In this document: positions 12,811-26,056 of the stretch, piece by piece | Layout: the number at the start of each line of letters is the position of its first letter | Position numbering within the stretch: the stretch's first letter is position 1 | NCBI GenBank assembly: GCA_951406725.2 | Contig: OX597823.1 | Span: 61,814,001-61,878,000, forward strand | Length of the DNA stretch: 64,000 nt | Origin: Octopus vulgaris | Lineage: Eukaryota | Direction: 5' to 3' | Made by a program: the position numbers and the translations under genes | Notes under the pieces: generated by a model | Databases searched by the model: none | Seen by the model: the letters and a program-made list of their open reading frames with translations, nothing else | What the model was told of the DNA's origin: nothing

Positions 12811-13606
12811 TTATTTTAATTCATGTTAGTCTCCTTCTCAGTTAGAGAGGGTAGGTTGCAAATTTGGCTTCAGTAGAGCCCTGCTCAATTTGGACCCATC
12901 AAAGCTTTCAATTGGGTTGACTGTTACTGCCTAGGAGTTGTATGTAAGATATTGATATACTGGAGTTCCTGTTCTTTCTTCCAGAGCCTAGATTTCTTCA
13001 ATGCACAGCAGTATCTGCTTGGTTATCAGATTATACACCCACCTGTTGGAACCATTTCAGATCACACAGTTAGTCTTTCAAGAGTATCCTCTTGCAACAC
13101 TTTTGTATGAACTGGGTCGAGGAGTATATATTATGGTTTCATACACCATGAAGAAAAAGGAGATCAGCACCACTTTGTAGGAATATGAGACAGTGAAAGA
13201 AGCCAAAATTAGCTTGGATGATTTGGTGAGCTTGCAGCTTGGTACCTGGAGAGACAAAACTATGCTGTTGGCCAATGTGATGAGGTGGTAGGTTATCAGA
13301 CCTGTTAAGTTGTTTGGAGTTCAATTTGGTCCTGATCTCAAAGGGTATAGAAACTAGGATGAGGTTACAAGCAGATTGACCACTCACCCACAAAAGTAGA
13401 ACAAGAGGAAGCTCAGCTACAATCAAAAATACTCAAGAGTAATTTCATGGCACCACAATTAGCTGCTGGTGAGGGTTTGGGGTATCTTAATCATCCTGTG
13501 TAGGTTGATTGCTTTTATTTGCAAGCATGGAAAAATAGATGCTAAAACTCTTATGATGGGAGATAGATAGATAGATAGATAGATATATATATATATATAT
13601 ATATAT

Positions 13607-13838
13607 ATTTCTTTTACTACCCACAAGGGGCTAAACATAGAGGGGACAAACAAGGACAGACAGAGGTATTAAGTCGATTACATCGACCCCAGTGCGAAAT
13701 TGGTACTTTATTTATCGACCCCGAAAGGATGAAAGGCAAAGTCGACCTCGGCGGAATTTGAACTCGGAACGTAACGACAGACGAAATACGGCTACGCATT
13801 TCACCCGGCTTGCTAACGTTTCTGCCAGCTCGCTGCCT
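13607..13838 (-). mobile_element. SINE family B, best-preserved (CpG-rich) copy
   Basis: GGCAGCGAGCTGGCAGAAACGTTAGC...CCGAGTTCAAATTCCGCCGAGGTCGACTTTGCCTTTCATCCTTTCGGGGTCGATAAATAAAGTACC...GCCCCTTGTGGGTAGTAAAAGAAA, inserted in (TA)n. Confidence 0.9.
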
Positions 13839-14384
13839 TATAGATATATATATATGTAGGCAGGCAGACAGGTAGACAGATAAATACACCGCATGATTCT
13901 GTAATTTCTTTTATAACATGTTTTATATTACATGTATTATGAGTCCTTAACAGCTAATAAAGAAAAAAATCTTTTTTTTCATTCAGAAATAAAAAACAAT
14001 TTTACAGTTTCTTGATCTTCACTTGTTTGCAATTAGTTTAAGAGCCTGTTTTTGTTGTGTTTTTAAATAGAAATTTGTGTTTAATTCTGTGTTTCTTCTC
14101 TGCTTAAAGCAGAATAAGTATTTTTGCATGTTTGTCTCACTGGAGTTTTTGTTTTTGTTTTGTTTTGTTTTGTTTTTTGCTGGAAGTCATTATTTTATTT
14201 TTTAAATTCTTCTGACTTGTCTTCTATGGAGTAGCAGCAGCCTTGAGAAATGTAAACAAAGCTACTTCTCACTAAACTCAAAATATGGAAAAAAAAAAAA
14301 AAAAAAAAGAATTTATATATGAAGAAGAAAAGAATTTTTATTTCCAGAAAAAAAAATGTGAATTTTAGATAATGTCACATGTAA

Positions 14385-14668
14385 CGACTCTTTTAATGTA
14401 TGTACTGACACTCCATTGGTTATGACGATGAGGGTTCTAGCTGAGCCAATCAACAGAACAGCCAGCTCATGAAATTCATGTTCAAGACATGTACACCCTT
14501 AATGTAGTTCTCAGAGAGATTCAGTGTAACACTAAATGTGACAAGGGTGGCCTGGTAGCTGAATGAACTGGAGAGATGTGAAATAAAGTGCTTTGCTCAA
14601 GGACACAACATGCCATCAGGAGTCAAACTCATGAGCTGAATACCCTAATCACTAAGACATGCCCCTTC
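14385..14668 (-). mobile_element. SINE family C-like copy (degenerate)
   Basis: Reverse complement of GTTGTGTCCTTGAGCAAAGCACTTTATTTCACATCTCTCCAGTTCATTCAGCT, preceded by a tRNA-like head. Confidence 0.65.
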
Positions 14669-14684
14669 GCTAATGCAAGTACTA

Positions 14685-15250
14685 TTGGGTTGTCCGAAAA
14701 GTTCATGCCAAGTTTTAAAGGAAAGAAAAAGGTCAATAAATACTTGCCATTACAGTTTTAATCAATCAAATATAAACCATTTTGTTGCACAATGCGTCTC
14801 CATCTTTCCGTTAACTTGAAAATACCCTCTTCCCAGAATTGAGGTGGTTTCATGGCAAAGAATTCATCAAGGTATCTTTTTATGTCATCCAAGGAATTGA
14901 AATTTTTACCATTAAGACTATTCTGCAGAGACCTGAATAAGTGTAAATCCAAAGGAGTAATATCTGGTGAATATGGAGGGTGGGGTAACACATCCCAGCC
15001 GAGCTGCAACAATTTTTGACTGGTTCCCAAAGAATCAAGTGCCGAAAATGAACTTTCTTATCTTCCATTTTAAAGGGTTACAGAATTAACACAGGTTATA
15101 GGAACATAAATCTTCTTCCACGAAAAGATAGCTTAAACTGTGCTCTAAATGGAGGTGTAGTCAAATCCTATTTTATGGACTCAACTATGTTCTAAAATAA
15201 TTCGAAAGGTAAGCTACTATAAATCGGCACGTACTTTCTGGACAACCCAA
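14685..15250 (-). mobile_element. Internally deleted mariner element with both TIRs
   Basis: TIRs TTGGGTTGTCCGAAAAGTTCATGCC and GGCACGTACTTTCTGGACAACCCAA. N-terminus MEDKKVHFRH (15068) is joined to a C-terminus LGWDVLPHPPYSPDITPLDLHLFRSLQN...GIFKLTERW (14758-15030). Confidence 0.92.
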
Positions 15251-15424
15251 AAAACAAGCCATCGACAATGCTGCGAAAGTCAGGGAATATAGCTACAGCA
15301 TTTAACCCTTTTACTGTAGATATTTCAGATATTTCCATTCAAAATTTCATTACCTTTCACTGCAGAAAACAGTTTTATACATCAAGCTATCTTTTATTGA
15401 GGAATGTTATGTTTGAAACTAATT

Positions 15425-15576
15425 GGCGTGGTTGTGCAGTAAGAAGCTTGCTTCTCAATCACATGGTACTGGATTCAGTCCCACTGCATGACCCCTTAGG
15501 CAAGGGTCTTCCATTATAACCTCAGACTGACCAAAGCCTTGTGAGTATATTTGGTAGATGGAAACTGAAAGAAACC

Positions 15577-15618
<42 letters not shown>

Positions 15619-15991
15619 TAGCAGTATCGCCCGGCGTTGCTCAGGTTTGTAAGGGAAATAACTATAAAGCATTTTTAGAGAGTTATAGCCAAAAAACAGC
15701 AAAAAGAGGGAAAAAAATGATGGTAAATTTTTTTTTTAGTTAAAAAAGGTGGAGTTGCGTCCCCTAGACAGTTTGCGGTTTGTGTTTCTGATTCTCGACC
15801 CCATGTCGAATTTATCGATTTTTTTCAGAACTGGGGAAACTTTTCAAAATTTTCGCTGCGTTAGTTTTGAATTATGACATTGGGCTATGTGTGTGTCAAG
15901 TTTCATCAGAATCGGTTGAAAGCCGTGGTCAGGGTGAGGGTACAAGAAAACAGACACAGAAACACGCACAGACAAACTGCCGTTTATATAT

Positions 15992-16027
<36 letters not shown>

Positions 16028-16220
16028 CTACCAATGCTGGTGTGTTTATATCCCCACAACTTAGTGGTTCAGAAAAAGAGACCGATAGAATAAGTACTAG
16101 GCTTACAAAGAATAAGCCTTGAGGGTCAATTTCTTTGACTAAAACCCTTTAAAGCATTGCTCTAGCATGGCTGCAGTCAAATGACTGAAGCAAGCAAAAA
16201 AAATAAAAGAATAAAAGAAT
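15425..16220 (+). mobile_element. SINE family A (tRNA head, internal microsatellite, GACTGAAACAAGTAAAAGA tail) split by a Helitron
   Basis: The 5' half (15425-15585) and 3' half (16028-16220) match the intact copy at 30558-30972. Confidence 0.8.
15618..15996 (-). mobile_element. Non-autonomous Helitron
   Basis: The minus strand begins A|TCTCTATATATAAA and ends with a subterminal hairpin (CCTGAGCAACGCCGGG) followed by GCTAG|T. Insertion is between A and T with no TSD. Confidence 0.8.
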
Positions 16221-16340
16221 ATGTCAAGTTTATTGAGACAGTGTGACTTCCAGAAAATGCCAATTCTAATTTTAATTCTAATTCTATTTTTTTTTGTGGA
16301 TATTTAGCATCATTAATAGTATCATCATTATCACCTTTAA

Positions 16341-16502
16341 CCCTGGCCAGATCTGGTCTCTCATACCCACCTTACAATGTCATTCTAAAAATAAACAATT
16401 ACATCATCAAAATCTCAGAGCCGCCTCATAGCGCATGATTAATTCAAAACAATGTGAATAAATAAGCATTACATTTGACAGAATAATATGAATGATAAAG
16501 GG
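16341..16502. mobile_element. piggyBac-type MITE fragment (TTAA-CCCT...AAAGGG), repeated at 17477-17641
   Basis: TTAACCCT start and ATGATAAAGGGTTA end. It is a deleted relative of 22317-22541. Confidence 0.6.
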
Positions 16503-17955
16503 TTAGCACCTGTCTTCCATGCTGGCACGGTTGGGATGGTTAAGCAACGGGAACTGAATGGTCTTCCTTACTAAACTGGTTCTTTTCCTGTTTTGGCAAG
16601 CCAGAGAGCTGTACCAAGAACCTGTATCATTTGGCTTGGTTTCTACAACTGGATGCCCTTCCCAACACCTACCACTTTACAGTGTGTACTTTATGCCTTC
16701 CCCAACACCTACCACCTTACAGTATGTTTTGGATGCTTTTAGCATGGTGCCAGCATGAATAAATATGAAACTTATTTTTTTAGTTAAAGGATTAAATAAA
16801 AATTATTTCAAAACTGGATTTGGACATGCAATAAACAAATGAATCAGGTGGTTTTCAATATGTGTAATGATAATGCCTGGCATGTTTTAGCCTTATTAAA
16901 TTTCCTCAGCAAAACATACTCTTATCAGTACTTGCCAGATCATAAATAACTAAGATATCATATGAAGGAAGAAAAGAAATAAGAAAAAATTTGTGATCGT
17001 AGGAGATGGAGTAAAAAGATTCTAATACAAATGCTGTTGGTGAGGTCAATTGAAACAATCCATGGACAGATTGAAACAATTCTTCCCAAATGATGTGCAA
17101 GAATTTATTAGCGAGCCACAGTTCTAACACTTCATGGCTGCTTTTGGGAGCTCAGAAAGAAAAAAAAAATCAAGTTCCAAGGTGATTACATTTTTTCTTT
17201 TACTTATTTTCTGGTTGACTGCAGTAATGCTTAGACTTATTGTTTGAACGTTTGTAGCCTCAGGATGAGGTCTGAAAACAGGGATAACTGCAAAACAACA
17301 TCAGCTCACTTGATTTAGATGGCATAGCTATCAGTGAGATCAGAATATTTGAAGGAGTTAAGTGACTGGGACTGAATGATCTTCCTTACAATTTATGCTG
17401 TTGCATGCTAAATCTTTCCTAGATTTTGTAGATATTTAACATCATTACTGGTATCATCATCAGTGTCATCATCCTTTATCTCTGGCCAGATCTGGTCTCG
17501 TACACCTATCTTACAATGTCATTCTAAAAATAAACAATTACATCACCAAAATCTCAGAGCCGCAACATAACACATGATTAATTCAAAACAATGTGAATAA
17601 ATAAGCATTACATTTGACAGGGTAATCTGAAAGCTAAAGGGCAGCAGAACAAGAGAATTCCCATTTGTGTGAGAACCAGAAATTAGGGAGGTTACGCTTT
17701 CCTAAAAGATTACTCTATTAACATATAAACAAGGATGGAACTGTGTTTTCAAGAAAATGCATATAGGTACAGGCATGGGTAGATGTAGGTGTGGTTGTAT
17801 AGCTAGGAAACTTGCTTCCCAACTATATGGTCTTTGGTTCAGTCCCACTGCATGTCACTTTAGGTAACTGTTTTCAACTATAGTCCTGGGCAACCAGAAA
17901 CTGCGCTTGATGGAAACTGTAGGTGGGTCATCATATATATGTATATATATATGTA

Positions 17956-18009
<54 letters not shown>

Positions 18010-18071
18010 TGTGTGTTTGCGTGTAGAGTACACATTATGCTTTCATAAAGACAGATAGGTAGGTAGGTACG

Positions 18072-18111
<40 letters not shown>

Positions 18112-18131
18112 CAAACACCAGAGACACACAC

Positions 18132-18162
<31 letters not shown>

Positions 18163-18164
<2 letters not shown>

Positions 18165-18550
18165 AGCAGTATCGCCTGTCGTTGCTCTGGTTTGTAAGGG
18201 AAATAACTATATAAGCATTTTTAGAGAGTTATAGCCAAAAAATAGCAAAAAAGTGCATTAAAAATTGGAAAAAAATGATGGTAAATTTTTTTTAAATCGT
18301 TGACTCATCGTAGACATTTTTAGAGAGTTACTTCCCTTATATAATAGCGAAAAAAATGCATTAAAATGGAAAAAATTATGGTAAATTATTTTTTAAATCG
18401 TAGACTCATGGTAGACGTGCGCTAATACCCAGAAGGGCTCGATATGAATCATGACTATAAGATACCCAGTTTTGGTTAAACTGCACCGCAAAATGTGGGA
18501 GTAGTTAGGAATCTAAATCGTAGAAGACAGACACACAACTTCACTTTTAT
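18163..18550 (-). mobile_element. Non-autonomous Helitron with the same 3' end as 15618 and an internal ~100-bp tandem duplication
   Basis: ACTAGCAGTATCGCCTGTCGTTGCTCTGGTTTGTAAGGGAAATAACTAT matches 15617-15665. The block CATTTTTAGAGAGTTA...GACTCAT(C/G)GTAGAC occurs twice. Confidence 0.75.
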
Positions 18551-19239
18551 ATATATATATATATACATACATATTTGCATATGCTCATATGCTTATCAGT
18601 ATATTCTTGGTTGTTTATCCATCAGTTTATTTATGATAAAAACTACTTTGGTGATAGAATAGTTGTTGTAATATTCCAGCTTTTTCCAAACCAGCTTCAA
18701 ATGGCTATTAGCAATGCAGGTGAAGTGAAACAACTATAGATAGGCATAAAAAATCAGGTCTGTTTGCTAGCAAGTTGGCTTCTCGGCTACATTTCTTTCT
18801 TTACATGTATATGTGTTATTGTGTGTGTGTGTGAGAGAGAGAGGAGGAGAGACAGACAGACAGAGACAAAGAAAGAAAGAGAAAATGATAGAGCAAGAAA
18901 GATAGAGCCAAGCACGAGTAAGAGAGAAGATGGCTTATCAACTGGTATTTCCTTTCGTATTGAGGGCACCACCATTGCTAACCATCACTGACAGACATCT
19001 ATAGATTTTTATCAAGAACTAATTCTAGAAAATTGCTCTTGTTAACTGTAGGAGAAAGGTCACTTGTAATAATGCATTCTTATCCTTGCTTCTCTCCTGA
19101 TCCAAGCGTGGAAGAGGGTTAGGAATAGAACAGTACCATATTATTGGATTGTCAGATAAATTAATTCATCTTTGCCCTTTATTTTAATCCTCTCCAATGC
19201 TACTTGAATTAATTACAAGAATATCAATATCATCGGTAC

Positions 19240-19650
19240 AAGTGTGGACATGTGGTAAGGGGCTTCCTGACCACATGGTTCTGAGTTCAGTCCTACCATG
19301 TAGCATTTTGGTCAAGTATCTTTTACTTTGGTCTCAGACCAACCAAAGCCTTGTGAGTGGATTAGGTAGATGGAAATTGAAAGAAGTGTATCATGTGAGT
19401 GTGCATGTGTGTGTGTGTTTGTTTGTGATTGTGTGTGTGTGTGTGTGTGTGTATGCGTGTGTGTATGTGTGTGTGTGTGTGTGTTTGTTTGTGATTGTGC
19501 ATGTGTGTGTGTGTGTCTGTTTCTGCGTTTGTTCCCCACCAACATTTGACAAACAATGTTGGTGTGTTTTCATCCCAGTAACTTGGCAGTTCGGCAAAAG
19601 AAAGCGATGAAATAAGTTCCAGGCTTAAAAAATAATACTGGTGTCGATTC
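19240..19650 (+). mobile_element. SINE family A copy, 3'-truncated
   Basis: Homologous to 30558-30900. Confidence 0.75.
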
Positions 19651-19659
19651 ATTCAAAGA

Positions 19660-20050
19660 GTGCTATCAGTAGGGTGAGAGTTAGCCATGAGTACAATAAT
19701 GCTCAGTTCTCAGTCCCTTCTTATCCATCACGATTCCTCCAGGCTATAACACAGGGATTTAAGACTGGCTACCCATGGAAACTGCTATATGCTGATGATC
19801 TTGCTCTTATAGCAGAATCTGTAGTGGAAATGGAAATGAAATTTCAAGTACAGAAGCAAAACTTGGAATCAAAGGGCCTTAAAATCTGAACAAGAGAAAG
19901 ACCCAGGAAGACATGGGATGGGGTAGTGAGGGGCAGTCTTATAATGTTGAGGTTCATGAAAGAGGTGACATTGGATTGAGTTTGGTGATATGAGGTTCTT
20001 GAGAAGACCCGCTCATCTCAGTGAAACTGAGTTCTGGAAGTGCTCTGTTT
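19660..20050 (+). pseudogene. RTE-clade LINE reverse transcriptase fragment with internal deletion
   Basis: Translates to QAITQGFKTGYPWKLLYADDLALIAES...LESKGLKI, followed directly by an R.RPRKTWDGVVR C-terminal motif. Confidence 0.8.
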
Positions 20051-20611
20051 GTATATGTTCTCCACTCACACATTACATTAATTCATACCACCTCCAGTGA
20101 TCCAAACTACATCTCATCATGATCTACATGGGCATCCTCCACTATCTGCTCCAGCAGCCCAACACCACATTGTTGTCATTCTCTCTCTCTCTCTCTCTCT
20201 CTCACTCTCTCTCTCACTCTCTCTCTCTCTCTCTCTCTCTTTTTCCTGTCCTCCCCTTGCCAACTGTAACATTTCTATCCTGCCACTCCCCTATATATCA
20301 GTATTCACCACTCACTGTATCGCCCTTCTCCTCCCCTCTCTCTCATTCTCCTTTCACATTCTCATACACCCACTGCTCACTCACCTTGTCCACTTCTCTG
20401 AACTACTCTTACACACACCTCTCAGTACCTTGACAGTATATCATCACACATCTTCGCCATCATCTCTCTCTCTTTCTCTCTCTCTCTCTCTCGTTAACTG
20501 AGGTAGCCATGTATCTTATCTACAGCAAGACACTTACTTCTGTTCCTCTATCATAGTTTAAATTCTCCCCCACCTGGCACAAACCCACTGCCTTCAAAAC
20601 AACTTCCTCTC

Positions 20612-20850
20612 TCAGTTAAGAGGGGTTTTGTGTTGCCAAGTACTTGGTGACATTGCTAGTGCTGGTGCCATGTAAAAAGCATTCCAATATGCTCTGTAAA
20701 GTGTTTCACATAAGAAAGGGCATACAGCAATACAAAGCAAGCCAAAGCAGTTGGTAGGGCTTGGCACAGTCCTCTGGCTCACCTGTTCTTGCCAAACTGT
20801 CCAACCCATACCAGCATGAAAAACAGATATTAAATGACAATGATGATACA
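20612..20850 (+). mobile_element. Family D (V-domain / RTE tail) degenerate copy
   Basis: GGTGCCATGTAAAAAGCA...AAGAAAGGGCATACAGC...GTCCAACCCATACCAGCATG...TAAATGACAATGATGAT. Confidence 0.65.
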
Positions 20851-20962
20851 TTTATGTGTATCTTTGTGTGTCTGTATGTGTGTGTGTGTATATATGCAGG
20901 TAGATATGAATACATACATATATATATACACACACACACACACAAACAAACAAACAAACACA

Positions 20963-21519
20963 CACACATGCAGGAAGTAAATAGACACATTTATTTTCAA
21001 AATCTTTCATTTTATATTAATTGGTTGAAGGAGAGGTTTTCTCCTAGCTACTCGTCCATAATACCCAAGCTTATGCAGATATGTAACACACGTTCTTGGA
21101 CTAACTTTTAGCTGTTTTGCAATGTCAGAAGCCTTTGAATGAGGTTCATTTTCCACAATTCCCTTCCTTTCGAGGGCCTGGGTCAGCCAGGACAAGAACC
21201 TGTTGATTCTTTTCCTTGGATTTTGATTTGCACTATAATTCTATTAACATTAGCAAGAGGAATTTGAAGATTTTTGGCAATTTTTTGCTGGCTAAGACCT
21301 GCCTCAGTTTGCCCAATAATATGACCTCTTTGAAAATCTGACAGTTCTGCTGAATTCTTTGTGTGTGGCATGGTTACTCTTCGCAAATGTTTAATATAAT
21401 GACACTTGGAATGAAAAAGAATAATTACATTGTAAATTCTACACCGCTGAAAACATATTAAGACGCTTAGATCAGAAATTTTGAAAATCAAAGGTGTCTA
21501 TTTACTTCCTGCATGTCTG
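20963..21519 (-). mobile_element. Internally deleted Tc1 element with 26-bp TIRs, retaining the transposase N-terminus
   Basis: TIR CA(C/G)ACATGCAGGAAGTAAATAGACAC at 20963-20988 and its inverse at 21494-21519, followed by TA. The minus strand encodes ELSDFQRGHIIG...GLSQQKIAKNL...RVARRKPLL (Tc1 HTH region). Confidence 0.88.
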
Positions 21520-21669
21520 TATATACGTGTGTGTATATATACATATATACATAATACATAAAAACATACATAAACATACACACACATACACACACACATA
21601 TCTTATACACATGGATATGTATACATACATACATTCATACATATGTAATTACACACATACACACATCAT

Positions 21670-21900
21670 GCTTTTGTTTACTTCAAACTTCAAATATTTA
21701 TCTAAACCAAATCATCTCACCTACACAATTATTGCCAACTACACAAACAGATGCTGCTATGTTTCTATAAAATAATATCTATTATTTTATAGCAATATAA
21801 CTAGATCTGCTGTTATTTTATATTCTTTTATTGTTGATAGTAACTGTGCGGGTGAGGAGATCTTTCTAGATATATTCTTGAAATTTGAAGTAAACAATAA
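21670..21900. repeat. Old degenerate fold-back (~110-bp arms) centred near 21780
   Basis: TTGTTTACTTCAAACTTCAA...CTCACCTACACAATTA vs TAACTGTGCGGGTGAG...TTGAAATTTGAAGTAAACAA. The centre is TATAAAATAAT-ATCT-ATTATTTTATA. Confidence 0.6.
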
Positions 21901-21911
21901 TATATAAATGT

Positions 21912-21956
<45 letters not shown>

Positions 21957-21993
21957 TATATATATACATATACACATATATATATATATACAC

Positions 21994-22063
<70 letters not shown>

Positions 22064-22316
22064 GTATGTATCACAAATACACTCATTCACATATATTCAT
22101 GTGCACACATGTACACACTCACACACAAACTACACAGACATACATACATATAATATATATATTAAAGTACAAGCTAAGTTACCTACGTTGATATCTTGTC
22201 CCGAAGATATCTGCTGGAAAGCCATTTAAATTCTCAGCTGCCAAATCAATGTTGCTTGTAAGCACATATTTAGTGTTGTTGGTTTAGTAAAAACACTAGA
22301 ACCGGTGCTGGCTGAA

Positions 22317-22541
22317 CCCTTTAGCATTCAGTTTATTCTATGAAATATAATCCTTATTTATTCATTCACATTTGTTTTGAATTAATTTTGCATTACCTTC
22401 TAACTTCAAGATTTTGAGGATGTGACTGTTTAGTTTTAAAATGACATTATTGGTTAGATATGAGAGGCCAGGACCAGTCAGTTTGAACACAAAACTTATA
22501 GAATATTTGGGCCAGATATGGTCAGTTTAAATGCTAAAGAG
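22317..22541. mobile_element. piggyBac-type MITE
   Basis: CCCTTTAGCATT...AATGCTAAAGAG|TTAA. The interior is the reverse complement of the 16341 and 17477 copies. Confidence 0.65.
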
Positions 22542-22769
22542 TTAAAGAATAGGCATGCTGTGACCTAGGGGCCTAATCCTGATCTATATTTGCTGTGGCT
22601 TACTATCAATAAATGAATGCTATATACTCCTGTGCATTGTTTTTCCTGGGGGCTTGTAATGCTGCTAAGATAGCCCTCACCAGAACCTAAGGAAACTAAT
22701 CATGCATGTCTCTTGGACATAAGGTTCTACAAGAATCTTAAATTTTTCATCTTCCTCATAACAGAATAG

Positions 22770-23221
22770 TTTCATTTTTTTTTCTTTTTCTGTTAGACTG
22801 TGGCCATGCAGAAGCACCATTTTGAAGACTTTTGTCAAAAAAGAGCCTCCTCCTCCCGTACTTATTTGCATGTCAGGTACCAGGTACTTATTTCACTGGT
22901 CTTTTTTTTACCAAACTGCTAAGTTTCAGGAATGTAAGCAAACTAACACTCATCATCAAGAGGTGGTGGTGGTGGTGGTGGAGATGGTGGTGGACAACAA
23001 CAAACATGAAGATGCACACACAAACACACAGTCACAAGCACACACAAACACACACATATAACATATATATATGATGGGCTTCTACACAATTTCCATCTCT
23101 CAAATCCACTAACAAAGCTTTGGTTGGCCCAGGGCTCTAGTAGAAAACATTTGCCCAAGGTGCTGTACAGTGGGACTGAACCCAAAACCATGCGGTTGCA
23201 AAGTGAACTTCTTAACCACAA
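22770..23221 (-). mobile_element. SINE family A copy
   Basis: Reverse complement of family A (TGGGACTGAACC B box at ~23171). Confidence 0.8.
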
Positions 23222-23307
23222 TGTTATTTAAGCCTAAATCAGACTAAAAAGTCTTCTCAAATCTACATTCTCTCCAATTATCCATTATCAACTTTAGATG
23301 GTATATT

Positions 23308-23521
23308 CTTTTCTACTCTAGGCACAAGGCCCGAAAATTTTTGGGGAGGGGGCTAGTCGATTAGCTCGACCCCAGTACGCAACTGATACTTAATTTATTG
23401 ACCCCAAAAGGATGAAAGGCAAAGTCAACCTTGATGGAATTTGAACTCAGAATGTAAAGACAGACGAAACGCTGCTAAGCATTTTGCCCAGCATGCTAAC
23501 GTTTCTGCCAGCTTGTCACCT
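23308..23521 (-). mobile_element. SINE family B copy with TSD
   Basis: Family B core, flanked on both sides by ACTTTA(G/C)ATGGTATATT. Confidence 0.85.
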
Positions 23522-24124
23522 TACTTTACATGGTATATTGGATGTATTTTATCAATTCTAGAGAAGTTGTCATGACTTCAACTAAACTAAAGGGGTCCTC
23601 TCAAACAACATCGTCTCCATTCATTGACCAACCATATTATATAGTTGCACCAACACCATTGAGATTGCTTGTACTCTGCAGGTCAAAAGAGCCCACAATT
23701 GTACTCCATGGTACAATTTACTATTCATTCAAGACAGTATGACAAAGATGGTGAATAGCAGAGAGAGTGATGACAGAAGAAGTAGGGTGGGTGAAGAGAG
23801 GAAGTGATGGTTCGATGTGATGACAAATAGCAACAGGGTGAGTAGAGAGGGCAGTATGAGGGTGTAATAGAGAAGATTCAATGCATAGGCAACCTTTCAT
23901 GGGAAGTAGGCACATGAGACATGGTTCGTCATCAGGCAGACAACACTACTAAAAATTCCAGATGGTTTTATCGCTGTTGGGCATGCCATTCAGAAAATCC
24001 TCTGGGCGGCATGCAGTCTAATAACCCACAGTTTGTCCATGACAGGTACAGATTGATATTTCTAATTAATCATTCATTGCATTAAATACGTTAACACTAA
24101 CTTGGCTTTATCTCAAAAAGAGTG

Positions 24125-24559
24125 ACTTCACATTAGCATATCTATCATCATCATTATCATTGTCAACATCAACATCATTATCATCATCATTGCCATCATT
24201 ACCACTACTATCATCATCATCATCACCATCATCCTCATCAGCATCATTATCATCAGCATCATTATCATCATCATCATCATTATCAACACCATCATCACTG
24301 TTGTTATCATCATCACCACCATCACTATCACCACCACCACCATCATCATCATCATTATCATCACATCACTACCACCATCACTGCCACCACCACCACTATC
24401 ATCATCATCATCATCATCATTATCATCACCATCACAACTACCATCACTGCTACCACCACCACCATCATCACCATCATCGTTATCATCACCATCACTACTA
24501 CCATCACTGCTACCACCACCACCATCATCATCATCATCACCATCATCATCTTCATCATT

Positions 24560-24605
<46 letters not shown>

Positions 24606-24665
24606 ACATCATCAACATCATCAACATCATCATAATTATTATTATAAATATCATTATCACCAACA
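24125..24665. repeat. Degenerate (CAT/CAC)n trinucleotide tract
   Basis: Directly visible. It is the source of spurious poly-His/Ser/Met ORFs. Confidence 0.95.
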
Positions 24666-25639
24666 ATTTCTTGTCTATTATTCCATGAAGGTAATGGGTG
24701 AATTGACCTGTATTAGAACCTGTTACTGTTCCGTTCAGTCCTGCATCATCTTTTGTCTGTGACATCTTAAGTCATGGGATTCTGAATTTTTAGAAGGAGA
24801 CAAAACTATTTCATAAATAAAACAGCAATAAATTTTGAAAATTTCAAAACTCTAAAACAAAATCTTTAATTTTATTAATTTGCTTGATAATTTAATAAAA
24901 TCTAATAAATTTAATAAATTCAATCAATCTAATTAATAAAAACTTTATTAGATTAATAAAAACAAAAAAATGATTTGATAATTAAAAGCTTGAATTAATC
25001 AATTTTAAAAAAATTACTTTTTCAAATTTAAAAATTAAAAGGAAAAAAACCATATGTATGATCAGATTCCACTCCGGTGATTAATTTATTAATGCCAGGT
25101 ATAAGATTTTCATTCCAAATCTTTGCACCTTTCTAGGTGTGTAAACTTGTTAATAAAAGTGTGAATGAAGAAAATAGTAAGACACCAACCAGCCTGAGTA
25201 CTAAAATAATTTTGAGATAATCTTTTCACAAAGTCTGATCATTGTATTTCTTACTTCCAGTTAACAGGTTATTAGGATCATGTGAATATACATACATATA
25301 TTTATAAAAATGGGGTCACCATTTATATATGAGACATCTAAGTATATCTTCCAATTAAATAGGCTTAGAGGACAGCAGCATTATCGTTATTTTCAGCAAC
25401 TTCAAATAGCACCAACCACTTTTATGTAGCCTCTTTTAATTTGCCTCATATCCTGATAAGATTCATAATTTTGGTTTTGAGCATCACAACTCTTTTCATC
25501 TTTTTCAATCATTTCCCAAGATAGCAAAATTCTTTCCGAAGAGTCGTTTCAAATTGTCTTCTTGTTTCTGCAACACTCACATGCAGCCTTTTCCAGAAAG
25601 TGTAACAACACTTCAGGCATTCTAAAGCATGATCATTGT

Positions 25640-26056
25640 CGTCATCATCATCATCACCACAATCACCATCTTCTTCTTCCTCCTCCTCTTCTTCTTCCTC
25701 CTCCTCCCCTTCTTCTTCCTCCTCTTTTTCTTCCTCGTCTTCTTCCTCCTCCCCTTCTTCTTTTACTCCTCCTCGTCTTATTCCTCCTCCCCTCTTCTTC
25801 TTTTACTCCTCCTTGTCTTCCTCCTCTTCCCCTTCTTCTTTTACTCCTCCTCGTCTTCCTCCTCCTCCTCTTCTTCTTCTTTTACTCTTCCACTTCTTCT
25901 TCCTCCTCTTCTTCTTCTTTTACTCCTCCACTTTTTCCTCCTCCTCCTCTTCTTCCCTTATTCCTCTTCTTCCACCTCCTCTACCTCTTCTTCTTTTTCT
26001 TCTTCTTCTTTTCCTCCTCCTCTTCCTTCTCCTTTTCCTTCTTCTTCTTCTTCCTC
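25640..26056. repeat. (TCC/TTC)n polypyrimidine tract with a recurring CTTTTACTCCTCC unit
   Basis: Directly visible. Confidence 0.95.

Noticed and set aside
12860-13555. Possible decayed LINE RT on the minus strand (VLQEDTL-like and INLHRMIKI-like words)
   Set aside because: The motifs are too degenerate and not clearly collinear, so it cannot be called without a profile search.
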